This document shows positions 19,017 through 27,620 of a stretch of DNA of 64,000 bases, in pieces. The notes beneath the pieces are model-generated. The model made no database searches. It had not been told where the DNA came from and worked only from the letters and a program-made list of their open reading frames with translations. Source of the stretch: Longimicrobiales bacterium (lineage in GTDB: Bacteria > Gemmatimonadota > Gemmatimonadetes > Longimicrobiales > Gaopeijiaceae); assembly GCA_965202805.1 (NCBI GenBank), contig OZ241869.1:2592001-2656000 (forward strand), in the 5' to 3' direction. Every line of letters starts with the position of its first letter. Positions within the stretch are counted from its first letter, which is position 1. The position numbers and the translations under genes are program-made.

Positions 19017-19649
19017 CTACCCTCTGCCCATCCGCCGCTTCAGCTCCGCGAGGCGCTCCTCCAGGTTCTCCTCCCCGGAGGGCCCGGACTCGAATTCCCG
19101 GTCGAATGCGGCGGCGGCTTCAGCCTCGGACTCGGTGCCGGAGACCTTCTCTCCCATGCGGTCGAAATCGTGGAAGAGGTCGTCGGCCCTGCCGAGGGTC
19201 TCGCGCGCCTCCGTCCGCCCCGCGGTGGCGCCGAGCGCCTCGCTCTTCTGACGGGCGACCTTGATCTGTTCCAGCATCTCGTCCACGTCGCTCCGGCACA
19301 CCGTGAGCTCGCGCAGAATCGCCTCCGCCTTGCCCTCGAGCACCTGCGCGCGCTCTTCGTGCTTCCTGGCGAATTCCTCCGCCACGCGGACCGTTTCCTC
19401 ATCGCCGATGCGCTCGGCCTGCTGCTGGCGCCGGCGGCAGATTTCGGCCTGCTCCGACTCCCGCTGCGCCCGGGCCCGTGCCGCGGCCAGGTCCTTTTCC
19501 AGCTTGCCGACGTAGGCCTTGGCGTCGGTGGCTTCGCGGTACATGCCCGCGAGCAGGCCGTCCACCGTCTCGGGGATCTGGTCGCGATTGAGTTCGGTCT
19601 TGAAGTTCTCGACGGCTTCCCGGAACGCGGCTCGGAGCTTGGCGAACAT
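19017..19649 (-). CDS. PspA/IM30-like coiled-coil protein
   Basis: Coiled coil, QAERIGDEETVRVA, FDRMGEKV..EAEAAA, LEERLAELKRRMG C-terminus. Confidence 0.75.
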   Translation of the reverse strand: MFAKLRAAFREAVENFKTELNRDQIPETVDGLLAGMYREATDAKAYVGKLEKDLAAARARAQRESEQAEICRRRQQQAERIGDEETVRVAEEFARKHEERAQVLEGKAEAILRELTVCRSDVDEMLEQIKVARQKSEALGATAGRTEARETLGRADDLFHDFDRMGEKVSGTESEAEAAAAFDREFESGPSGEENLEERLAELKRRMGRG

Positions 19650-19704
19650 GTGACGTGGATGTCCTTCCCGGGATGGCCCAGCTGCACGCTGCGGCCAGCG
19701 CCGC

Positions 19705-20331
19705 TCAGTTCAGGTAGGGTTCGATGCGCTGGGCGAAGGAGTTCCGGGCCCGGTGCAGGCGGCTCTTCACGGTGCCAAGGTTCACGCCGGTGATCTCGGC
19801 GATCTCGTCGTAGCTCTTGCCGTCGAGCTCCCGCAGGCGGAAGACCATCCGGTGATGCTCGGGCAGCTGGGCGACCGTGTCCTCGACGAGCCTCTTCAGG
19901 TAGCGCTTGCGGTAGAGCCCGTCCGGGGACATGGAGGAATCCTCGAACTGGAGGGGCCGGGGATCGTCTTCCCAGCGGCTGCGCAGCACCTGGAAGAGTA
20001 CCACGGGGCTGCGGGACCGGTTGCGCAGTTCGTTCTTGGAGAGATTGCTCGCGATCGTGTAGATCCAGGTGGAGAACTTCTTGGTCGTGTCGAAGCGCCG
20101 GAGGTGCCTGGCAACCCGGATGAAGGCCTCCTGGGTCAGATCCTGCGCGCGGTCGGCGTCCCCCGTCTTGCGGACGATGAAGTGGACGAGGCGCTCGCGA
20201 TACCGGTCGAAGAGCTTGGTGAAGGCCCCGCGGCGGTCGTGCAGATGCGAGACCACCAGCTCCTCGTCGCTCATGCAGTCGAGCGGCAGTCCGGAGAGCA
20301 GGTCTGGTTCGCGCACTTTGGACTCCGCCAT
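19705..20331 (-). CDS. ECF RNA polymerase sigma factor
   Basis: AQDLTQEAF, FSTWIYTIASN, LPEHHRMVFRLRELDGKSYDEIA, GTVKSRLHRAR; AAGGAG RBS. Confidence 0.93.
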   Translation of the reverse strand: MAESKVREPDLLSGLPLDCMSDEELVVSHLHDRRGAFTKLFDRYRERLVHFIVRKTGDADRAQDLTQEAFIRVARHLRRFDTTKKFSTWIYTIASNLSKNELRNRSRSPVVLFQVLRSRWEDDPRPLQFEDSSMSPDGLYRKRYLKRLVEDTVAQLPEHHRMVFRLRELDGKSYDEIAEITGVNLGTVKSRLHRARNSFAQRIEPYLN

Positions 20332-20454
20332 CGGCTTCTCCTTCACACCACCACCGTACACCCCGCACCCCCGGCCATCCCCTCGGGCCGTGCGGACGGA
20401 ATCCGCGTCAGACCTGTGCGCCAGCCTGCGGAGAGCCGGGGTTGCCCACCTCGG

Positions 20455-20483
20455 AATATGCCCGCTCCCAAGGCGTTACTCAA
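20455..20483 (-). promoter_or_regulatory. Putative sigma70 promoter upstream of the ECF sigma
   Basis: Minus strand TTGAGT-N17-CATATT. Confidence 0.35.
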
Positions 20484-20571
20484 GTGTGACGGATGCCTGG
20501 CGAGGGTGCGGCGGCCCCGGTGGCACGCTCGTTCGCGCCCGGGGTGCGCGGCGTGCCGCCTGATGCCGGAC

Positions 20572-21687
20572 TCAGACCGGACGCTGCTCCAGCGAAAGCA
20601 GCGTGCCGCCCCGGGAGATGCCCTCGTAGAGCGCCTGTTCGGGCGCGGGCTGCCGGTCGCGGGAGGCGAGCGCTTCGTCGGCCGCGGCCGCGACCTCGTC
20701 GGTGACCAGCTCCTCGATCGCCCGCAACCGGTCCGGATCGACGTCCCGCGCCTCGAGGTACGCTTCGTAGAGGCCGACGGGATCCCGCCGGCCCCAGCGC
20801 TCGAACAGCTCCGGGGGGAAGGTCTCGCGGGCCTCGCGCTCGTCGTGGGTGGCGTGTCCGCCCATGCGGAACGTCGAGGCGACGATGATGGCGGGACCGT
20901 CGCCGGCGCGGCAGGCGTCCGCGGCCATGCGGGTCACCGCGTACACGTCCAGGATGTTGTTGCCGTCGCAACTCCAGCCCTGAACGCCGTACATCGCCGG
21001 CCAGGCCTCCAGGCTGCCGGCGCCGTGCTGTTCGAGCGGAGTGCCGAGCGCCACCTGGTTGTTCTGGATGATGAAGATGGCCGGGAGCCGCTGGACCGCG
21101 GCGAGGTTGAGCCCCTCGTGGCACTCGCCGGTCTTGGTGGCGCCGTCGCCGATCCAGGTGAGGGCGACGCGCTTCTGGCCCAGGTTGCGAAAGGCGAGCG
21201 CCACCCCCGCCATTACCGGCACGTTGGTGCCCATGTGGCTGATGGGCTGGATGACGCCCTTGGCCAGCGCGCCGATGTGCAGGTCGCGTCCGCCGTTGGG
21301 CCCGTCCTCGGTCGCGAGGTAGCCGCGGAAGATGTCGGCCACCGGCATGCCCATCATGTGGCACGCGCCGGCGTTGCGGATCATCGGGCTGACGATGTCG
21401 CGGGTGGGATCGAGCGCGCGCACGCTGCCGACCGTGACCGCTTCCTCGCCGGTGGCGAGCCACGCCTTGGAGATGACCCCCTGGCGCACCCAGCGCTTGA
21501 GCCCGATGTCGTGAAGGCGGGTGGTGAGCAGGTCGCGGTAGAAGGCGAGCAGGTCGTCCTCGGAGAGTTCGGCGATGAGCGCGGCGCGGGAGGGCTCGGC
21601 CAGCGTCTGCTCGAACGCGCGCACCAGTTCCGGGTCGGCTGCCCAGTTGCGGTACTCGGGCGGATCGAAGGCGGGATAGCGTTTCAT
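20572..21687 (-). CDS. TPP-dependent 2-oxoacid dehydrogenase E1 alpha-type subunit
   Basis: GDGA...NN TPP motif (WIGDGATK...IQNNQ), DGNNILDV, RMGGHATHD, RDPV. Confidence 0.88.
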   Translation of the reverse strand: MKRYPAFDPPEYRNWAADPELVRAFEQTLAEPSRAALIAELSEDDLLAFYRDLLTTRLHDIGLKRWVRQGVISKAWLATGEEAVTVGSVRALDPTRDIVSPMIRNAGACHMMGMPVADIFRGYLATEDGPNGGRDLHIGALAKGVIQPISHMGTNVPVMAGVALAFRNLGQKRVALTWIGDGATKTGECHEGLNLAAVQRLPAIFIIQNNQVALGTPLEQHGAGSLEAWPAMYGVQGWSCDGNNILDVYAVTRMAADACRAGDGPAIIVASTFRMGGHATHDEREARETFPPELFERWGRRDPVGLYEAYLEARDVDPDRLRAIEELVTDEVAAAADEALASRDRQPAPEQALYEGISRGGTLLSLEQRPV

Positions 21688-21754
21688 GGGGCGACAGCCC
21701 CGACCGGAGCAGCGCCCCGGCTCGGGCGCACTGATGCGACCGCGGGACGTCCGA

Positions 21755-22222
21755 TCATCGATCGGCCGTGGCCGCGCGATGAACCCGATACGTGCACATG
21801 TCCTGCACGACCCGGATGCCCCGGGCGCGCGCCGCGGCCGCTTCCTCGTCGGCCCGGATGTCCTCCTGGAGCCACACCACCGGACGCTCCGGACGGGCGG
21901 CGGCCTCCGCCAGGTGGGTTCCCGCCTCCTCGGACGGCCTGAAGACGACGACCATGTCCACGGGCTCCGTGACCTCCGCGAGCGACTTCCTCGCGGGCCT
22001 TCCCAGGATGCGGGTCGCGAACGGGTTGACGGGCAGGATGTCGTACCCCTTGGCCGCCAGGTAGGACGGCACCCGCCGCGCCGCCTTGGTGGGATCCCGG
22101 GACATGCCCACGACCGCGATCGTCCTCACGGAGCGCATGATGTCCAGCAGCTCCGCGGCATCCGGATTGTCCGGATCCGAGGATTCCTGCAGCAGCACAT
22201 CGAGAGCGGTCAGGTTGGTCAT
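21755..22222 (-). CDS. CoA-binding protein (YccU-like)
   Basis: TIAVVGMS, ILPVNP, VDMVVVFRPS, VVWLQ, VQDMC. Confidence 0.88.
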   Translation of the reverse strand: MTNLTALDVLLQESSDPDNPDAAELLDIMRSVRTIAVVGMSRDPTKAARRVPSYLAAKGYDILPVNPFATRILGRPARKSLAEVTEPVDMVVVFRPSEEAGTHLAEAAARPERPVVWLQEDIRADEEAAAARARGIRVVQDMCTYRVHRAATADR

Positions 22223-22542
22223 GGCTGGAGCATCGGGAAGTGCGTCGCGCGCCCGGTTGGCATTGGCCGGCGAGCGCGCACCGTCGGCAGTCGGGGTCGT
22301 CAGGATACGGGATGGAGGGGCAGGGAGCAACGGTGCGGCGGGCCGGCTGGCGAGCGGAACTTGCCGTTGCCCCGCACACCGGCGGGGGCGGGGGGCGCGG
22401 GGGTTGCCGAGCCTCCCGATCGGGACGCGAGTACACCGGGCCGAACCGGGCAGCGGTTGCTCGCACTTCGCCGGGTCGCCATCATCCCCGGCGTCTGCGT
22501 TCCGGACATCTTCGGAATGCGGGGCTTCGGAGGGAGACCACC

Positions 22543-23364
22543 ATGGATATGCTCGGATACATTCTGTTCTTCGGCGCGGTCGCGGCCCTGCCCGTGGTTT
22601 GGCGGGTGTCGGGCCAACGGGCGGCGGCGCGGTATCAGCGCGCGCTCGAACGCCTCCACGCGGAGGTACGTTCCGGGAACATCGAGGGGGACGACAATTC
22701 GCTGCCTGCCGGGATCAGGGCGGTCCGCCAACGCCTCGCGAGCGGGTGGATGCCGGTGCGGGGCGCTTCCCCGGAGATCCTCTCCCGCCTCGCGCAGTTC
22801 CTCCAGCTAGCCGTCGTGAAGCCGCTCGTTCAGGCCCTGCACGCCCGCGGCCGTGGGGTGCGGCCGCGCATTCAACAGGCCCTCGACGCCATCGAGGACA
22901 TCGAGTTCTACGCGGAGACGCCGGAGCTGGCACGCGCCTCGGTTGACCTGGTCGACGCGGTGCAAGGCGTGGCTCGTGAATTCCAGAAGGCCTTCAAGGT
23001 CGAAGTGAAGCTGGATCTGCCGGGAGAGCCGGTGCCGTGTCGCGCGGACCTCGCCGCGCTGCAGGATGCCGTCTACATGATTCTGGCGAACGCCGGGCGC
23101 CACGGGGGCGGAGAACCGATCCGGATCTCGCTTCGGAACGCCGCCGGCTCGGCGCGGATTGTGGTGCGCGATGCGGGCGAGGGCTTCCCGGATGAGGCGC
23201 TGGCGCGCGCGACGGAGCCCTTCTTCAGCACGGTGCCGGGCGCGCTGGGACTGGGGCTGACCCACGCCCGCTACGTCGTCCAGACCCACGGCGGGACCCT
23301 GGAGGTGCGGAATCGCGGCGGAGGCGGGGAGGTGGTGGTGGGGTTGCCGGCGGGAGAGGGCTGA
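22543..23364 (+). CDS. Membrane-anchored HATPase_c (histidine kinase-like) protein without a canonical H-box
   Basis: N-terminal TM; N box ILANAGRH, G1 DAGEG, F box EPFFST, G2 GLGL; GGGAG RBS. Confidence 0.75.
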   Translation: MDMLGYILFFGAVAALPVVWRVSGQRAAARYQRALERLHAEVRSGNIEGDDNSLPAGIRAVRQRLASGWMPVRGASPEILSRLAQFLQLAVVKPLVQALHARGRGVRPRIQQALDAIEDIEFYAETPELARASVDLVDAVQGVAREFQKAFKVEVKLDLPGEPVPCRADLAALQDAVYMILANAGRHGGGEPIRISLRNAAGSARIVVRDAGEGFPDEALARATEPFFSTVPGALGLGLTHARYVVQTHGGTLEVRNRGGGGEVVVGLPAGEG

Positions 23365-23472
23365 GCGTCCCGCGAGGAGAGCCGCTGAGCTTCACCTGCG
23401 AACGCTACCCGGCCTTCACGACTCGGCTCCTGCCTCGCCACCAGCGTGGGATGGCGGCAGGGCTGCGGCTCG

Positions 23473-23997
23473 TCACCACTCGTAGGGCGTAATCGAGGTG
23501 CCAGCCATCTTGAAGGACGCCGATCCGTACAGGTTCGTCGTCTGCTCCAGGGTCAGGGTGCCGTGGATCCAGACGGGATTCCAGAAGGAGACCGGCACGC
23601 GCTGGCTGTTCTCCATCCTGACGTAGACCAATTGGTTCGGGGGCGGGGGCGGGGTGTGCACGCAGGCCCCGACGTACGGGACCAGGAGGAACTCCGAGAC
23701 CTCGCCGGCCCAGTCCTCCAGGGGGACCATGAATCCGGGCACCTTCACTCCTCGCCCCACGACCGACTCGAGTGCCCCGGATACCTCGCCCGTGCGGTAG
23801 TCCAGGGAGGCCAGCAGCTGCCAATCCACCTCGGAGGAGTCCCCCGGGACACTGGCCGCGCGGATCCTCGCTCCACCGTTCGGATCGGCCAGGACGGAGC
23901 GGGGGCCCGACGTGAGCGCAAGCCAGCCGCCCATGAGGGCCAGGGCGAACTGGAGCGGCGTCCAGGTGATCGGGAATCGGCTGCGCGGCTTTGGCAT
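23473..23997 (-). CDS. DUF3299 family protein (ZrgD-like)
   Basis: VKVPGFMVPLE, EFLLVPYVGACVHTPPPPPNQLVYV, PVWIHG. Confidence 0.88.
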   Translation of the reverse strand: MPKPRSRFPITWTPLQFALALMGGWLALTSGPRSVLADPNGGARIRAASVPGDSSEVDWQLLASLDYRTGEVSGALESVVGRGVKVPGFMVPLEDWAGEVSEFLLVPYVGACVHTPPPPPNQLVYVRMENSQRVPVSFWNPVWIHGTLTLEQTTNLYGSASFKMAGTSITPYEW

Positions 23998-24032
23998 GGG
24001 ACGGGATCCTCGCCCCTTCGGGGAACCAGGAG

Positions 24033-24057
24033 ATGATAACGAGAATACAATATCATT
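24033..24057. promoter_or_regulatory. AT-rich divergent control region with Fur/Zur-like half-sites
   Basis: ATGATAACG...TATCATT half-sites match those of the 24989-25010 palindrome; contains a TACAAT -10-like hexamer. Confidence 0.4.
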
Positions 24058-24113
24058 CAGACGCCTGCACTGTTGTCCCTGTACGCACGCAACCCCCCAC
24101 CGGTTCCTTCACG

Positions 24114-24845
24114 ATGAGCTTCACCACACTCGATCGACCCCAGGTCCGCTCCCGTTTCGTCGGGTGGACGATCCCGTGCCTTCTGCTGTTCGTCGCATGC
24201 GGCGGTTCATCCTCCCCGGATCCTGGTCCCCCCCTGGTCGAGGGCGAACGGCTGGGGACGGCCGGGGCCCACGAACACGGCATCGCCCGACTGGGCCTGG
24301 CCGTGGACGGCACCCGCCTCACCGTCGACCTGGAACTCCCGGCAGAATCGGTGTTCGGCTTCGAGCACGCCCCCCGCTCGGAGCAGGAGCGGGCCACCGT
24401 AGCGGAGGCCCTCGACAGACTCCGAACCGGTGGCGCGCGTCTCATCGCCTTTTCGGACGGGACGGCCTGTACGCTGGATTCGGCGGAGGTGCAGGGGCCC
24501 GAAGGTGCAGAAGACGACCATGCCGGCGAGGACGAGGACGCTCACGAGGAAGAGCACGCTCACGACGAAGACCATGCTCACGAAGAGGAGCATGCTGACG
24601 AGGACGAGCATGCCCACGAGGACGAGCACGCTCACGAGGACGAGCATGCTCATGAGGACGAGGGCACCGTCCACCAGGACGTGCACCTCCTCGCCTCCCT
24701 GACCTGTTCCCGTGAGCCCATCGGACCGGCGAGCCTGCGGTTCGCGGATCTCCTGCCCGACGTGGCGCAGGTGGACCTGACGGTGTTCACCGCGCTGGGG
24801 GAGGCGGCCGGCCGCGTCGCGCCCGACGCCTCGTTCCGGTTCTGA
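24114..24845 (+). CDS. DUF2796/ZrgA-like His-rich metal-binding lipoprotein
   Basis: Lipobox FVAC; AHEHG, PAESVFGFEHAP motif; long His/Glu-rich insert. Confidence 0.85.
   Translation: MSFTTLDRPQVRSRFVGWTIPCLLLFVACGGSSSPDPGPPLVEGERLGTAGAHEHGIARLGLAVDGTRLTVDLELPAESVFGFEHAPRSEQERATVAEALDRLRTGGARLIAFSDGTACTLDSAEVQGPEGAEDDHAGEDEDAHEEEHAHDEDHAHEEEHADEDEHAHEDEHAHEDEHAHEDEGTVHQDVHLLASLTCSREPIGPASLRFADLLPDVAQVDLTVFTALGEAAGRVAPDASFRF
24510..24662 (+). repeat. 18-nt tandem repeat encoding (EDEHAH)n
   Basis: About 8.5 units of GAGGACGAGCAYGCYCAC-like sequence. Confidence 0.9.
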
Positions 24846-24980
24846 GCTGACGAGCCGGGAGTTCTTTCCCGCAGGTGTCAAAACCCGTCCCGGCGTGAGC
24901 GGCTCGGGCTCGCCTTCCGCCTGAGCCCGGCGGAGGCGTCTTCATCCTCGCGGTCGTCACCGAAGCAGGGCGTGATCCCC

Positions 24981-25010
24981 TTGCCCGCTAATGATAACGG
25001 GTTATCATTA
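24981..25010 (+). promoter_or_regulatory. Promoter overlapped by a perfect Fur/Zur-like palindrome
   Basis: TAATGATAAC-GG-GTTATCATTA (24989-25010) overlapping TTGCCC-N16-TATCAT. Confidence 0.7.
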
Positions 25011-25101
25011 CGGCCAAGCACTCACGCCCCCTCTCTCTTGTCGGGAGCGAGACACCATCGACCGCGCGCAGCACAGCGGGCGTAAGCAAACGGGAGTCCC
25101 A

Positions 25102-25191
25102 GTGCAGACACGCCTGATGCAAGGCTCGGTCGGGTCGGGCCACGCGGACTTCGTGACGGAACCGCTCCACATCCATGTGCACGAGCACTGA
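25102..25191 (+). CDS. Putative 29-aa micro-peptide ending HIHVHEH
   Basis: GGGAG RBS upstream of a GTG; MQTRLMQGSVGSGHADFVTEPLHIHVHEH. Confidence 0.35.
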   Translation: MQTRLMQGSVGSGHADFVTEPLHIHVHEH

Positions 25192-25269
25192 CGACGGCTG
25201 GCTGGGCTCAGCCGGTCCAGGCGGGACGACTCACCACTTACTGACCGCAAGTACTGACTGTAAGAGGAC

Positions 25270-25347
25270 ATGAGCGAAGACACACGGGACTGGAGAGCTC
25301 TCAGCAACTACCTCGGCGGACACGAAACGGTTCGGGTAAGCCGATGA
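25270..25347 (+). CDS. Putative 25-aa uORF coupled to the oxidoreductase
   Basis: AAGAGGAC-ATG; MSEDTRDWRALSNYLGGHETVRVSR; its stop overlaps the downstream ATG (ATGA). Confidence 0.35.
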   Translation: MSEDTRDWRALSNYLGGHETVRVSR

Positions 25348-26471
25348 CGAGGGGAACCCGGACACTCGACGTTGTCATCGTCGGCGCCGGGGCTGCGGGT
25401 CTCGGCTTTGGTGTGACGCTACGCCACCTGGGAATCGACAACTTTGCGATCCTCGACCGCGCCGCCGTCGGTGCCTCGTTCCTGCGTTGGCCCCGGCAAA
25501 CGCGCTTCATCACGCCATCGTTCACCAGCAACCAGTTCGGCCTGCTGGACCTGAACGCCGTCTGTCTGGAGACCTCGCCGGCTTTCTCGATCGGCACCGA
25601 GCACCCCACGGGGGTGGAGTACGCCTCTTATCTGCAGGGGGTGGCGGAGCATTTCGAATTGCCCGTAGCGACCGGGACCGACGTTCTCTCGATCACGAGG
25701 AAGGCGCGGCGCAAGCCGTTTCGGGTAGAGACGAGTCGCGGCGACGTCCACGCGCGGTTCGTGGTATGGGCGGGCGGCGAAATGCAGTATCCGCGGACCC
25801 ACGGCTTCCAGGGCGCCGAGCATTGCCTGCACTACTCCAACGTGGCCTCATGGGACGATCTCGCCAACGGCGAACGATACATCATCGGCGGCGCCGAGAG
25901 CGGCGTCGACGCCGCCGTCGGGCTGGCCGCCGCCGGTCGGCGAGCCGTCGTCTTCGACCGCGAGGAGCCGTGGAACCGAAGAGGCTCGGACCCCAGCCAA
26001 CTCCTGTCACCCTTTACGCGGGCGCGCCTGGACTCGGCCGTTGACTCGGGTCGGGTGACGCTGCGCGGCAGCTGTGTCGTCACCGGCGTTCGCCGCAACC
26101 ACGGCGGCTATCAGTTGGCGCTCGAGGACGGCGACGTCATCGACTGCGCCGAGAAGCCGATCCTGGCCACCGGATTCGTCGGTTCGGCAAGCCACATTCG
26201 CTCGTTGTTCGATTGGCGAGATGAATACTCTCCGTGGCTGACGGAAAACGACGAGTCCACCGTGACGAAGGGGCTCTTCCTGGTCGGTCCGCAGGTGCGC
26301 CAGGACGATATCATCTTCTGTTTCATCTACAAGTTCCGCCAACGCTTCGCCGTGGTAGCCAACCAGATCGCCCGGCGCCTGCGCGTGAGCACGGAACCAC
26401 TGGAGTGGTACCGCCGCCACGGAATGTACCTCGACGATCTGTCGTGCTGCGAAGATGCCTGCGCTTGTTGA
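25344..26471 (+). CDS. NAD(P)/FAD-dependent oxidoreductase with Cys-rich C-terminus
   Basis: VIVGAGAAG, IIGGAESG, LATGF, FCFIYKFRQRF, terminal SCCEDACAC. Confidence 0.88.
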   Translation: MTRGTRTLDVVIVGAGAAGLGFGVTLRHLGIDNFAILDRAAVGASFLRWPRQTRFITPSFTSNQFGLLDLNAVCLETSPAFSIGTEHPTGVEYASYLQGVAEHFELPVATGTDVLSITRKARRKPFRVETSRGDVHARFVVWAGGEMQYPRTHGFQGAEHCLHYSNVASWDDLANGERYIIGGAESGVDAAVGLAAAGRRAVVFDREEPWNRRGSDPSQLLSPFTRARLDSAVDSGRVTLRGSCVVTGVRRNHGGYQLALEDGDVIDCAEKPILATGFVGSASHIRSLFDWRDEYSPWLTENDESTVTKGLFLVGPQVRQDDIIFCFIYKFRQRFAVVANQIARRLRVSTEPLEWYRRHGMYLDDLSCCEDACAC

Positions 26472-27620
26472 ATGGGCCGTGAAACACTCCGAACGCCCAC
26501 TCGCGATCTGACCGTCCGTCCGCGCCCTCTTTTCCTGGAGCGCTCCGCCCTTGGGCCTTTCTGGGCGCTGCTGCTGTTGTTGGCGCCCGTCTGGGTCGCG
26601 GTTGACACCGCCAACCGTATCGCGGATCGAGTCGACCCCTGGGTCCGCGCCCGGACCGAGCCGCTGACCGGGTTGCTGACGAGCTGGCCGCAGCCGTTTG
26701 CGGAGATCCTGGCTGGCGACTACGGCTTTGTCACGATGGGGCCGCTGCTGCTGGTGTGGGCGACTCCGGTGGTCGTGCTCCATGCGCTGCTGATGGGTGC
26801 GTACAAGTCGAGCGGCCTGCTCGACCGCCTGACAACCGCCATGAATCCGTGGCTGCGGCCGTTCGGCATGACCGGCCGGGAGCTGGCGCCGGTCGTCATG
26901 GGTTTCGGCTGCAACGTGCCCGCCGTCATCAGCGCGCGCTCGTCGCCGGCCTGCTCGCGTGGCGCATGCGTTTCGGCCATTGCCTTCGGTTCGGCCTGTT
27001 CGTATCAGCTGGGAGCCACGCTGGCGATCTTCGCCGTGGCGGGACGAACCGAGTTGGTCCTGGCCTACCTGCTGTACCTTGGCGCGACGACTGTCGCCTA
27101 CGCCCGCCTCACCGCGCCGAAAGCGGCTCGTTCTTCCTTCAATGTGCTGTCGACGGAGGGCCGGGTCTTCCTGACCTGGCCGCGCCCGAGAGCCGTCTGG
27201 CGGGAGACGCAGGGCGTGATTCCGGAGTTCTTTCGCAGGGCCGTGCCGATCTTCTTTCTCATCACGGCCGTGGCGTCTCTGCTGCATTGGCTGGGCGCGC
27301 TGCAAGCCGCGTCGACCGTCGTCGAGCCGGCGATGGCCATCTTTCGATTGCCCGCGGAGGCGGCCACGGCGGTGGTCATGGCGAGCGTGCGCAAGGACGG
27401 CATCCTGTTGCTGGCGGAGCCGGGAGTCGCCGCAAGCCTCAGCGCCGTCCAACTGTTGACGGCCGTCTACCTGGCCGGCGTGCTGCTGCCTTGCCTGGTC
27501 ACCTGCTTGACGGTTGCGCGCGAGCAGGGCGGCGCGTTCGCGCTGCGGCTGGTGGGTCGGCAGGCTGTGGCGGCCGCCGCGTTCAGCGCCTTGCTGGCCT
27601 GGGGCGGCGCATGGCTGTGA
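26472..27620 (+). CDS. FeoB-like nucleoside-recognition (Gate) membrane protein without GTPase domain
   Basis: SGLLDRL, MGFGCNVPAV, GSACSYQ, RKDG, LPCLVT; many TM segments. Confidence 0.8.
   Translation: MGRETLRTPTRDLTVRPRPLFLERSALGPFWALLLLLAPVWVAVDTANRIADRVDPWVRARTEPLTGLLTSWPQPFAEILAGDYGFVTMGPLLLVWATPVVVLHALLMGAYKSSGLLDRLTTAMNPWLRPFGMTGRELAPVVMGFGCNVPAVISARSSPACSRGACVSAIAFGSACSYQLGATLAIFAVAGRTELVLAYLLYLGATTVAYARLTAPKAARSSFNVLSTEGRVFLTWPRPRAVWRETQGVIPEFFRRAVPIFFLITAVASLLHWLGALQAASTVVEPAMAIFRLPAEAATAVVMASVRKDGILLLAEPGVAASLSAVQLLTAVYLAGVLLPCLVTCLTVAREQGGAFALRLVGRQAVAAAAFSALLAWGGAWL

Noticed and set aside
25088..25125. AAACGGGAGTCCCAGTGCAGA, resembling the start of a cobalamin riboswitch
   Set aside because: The complementary strand of the stem and the downstream B12-box motifs are absent.
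26469..26474. Oxidoreductase TGA directly followed by the in-frame ATG of the gate protein (possible Sec read-through fusion CAC-U-M)
   Set aside because: No hairpin with the geometry seen at the two Sec candidates, and the Cys-rich tail looks like a natural C-terminus. Ordinary tight coupling is simpler.
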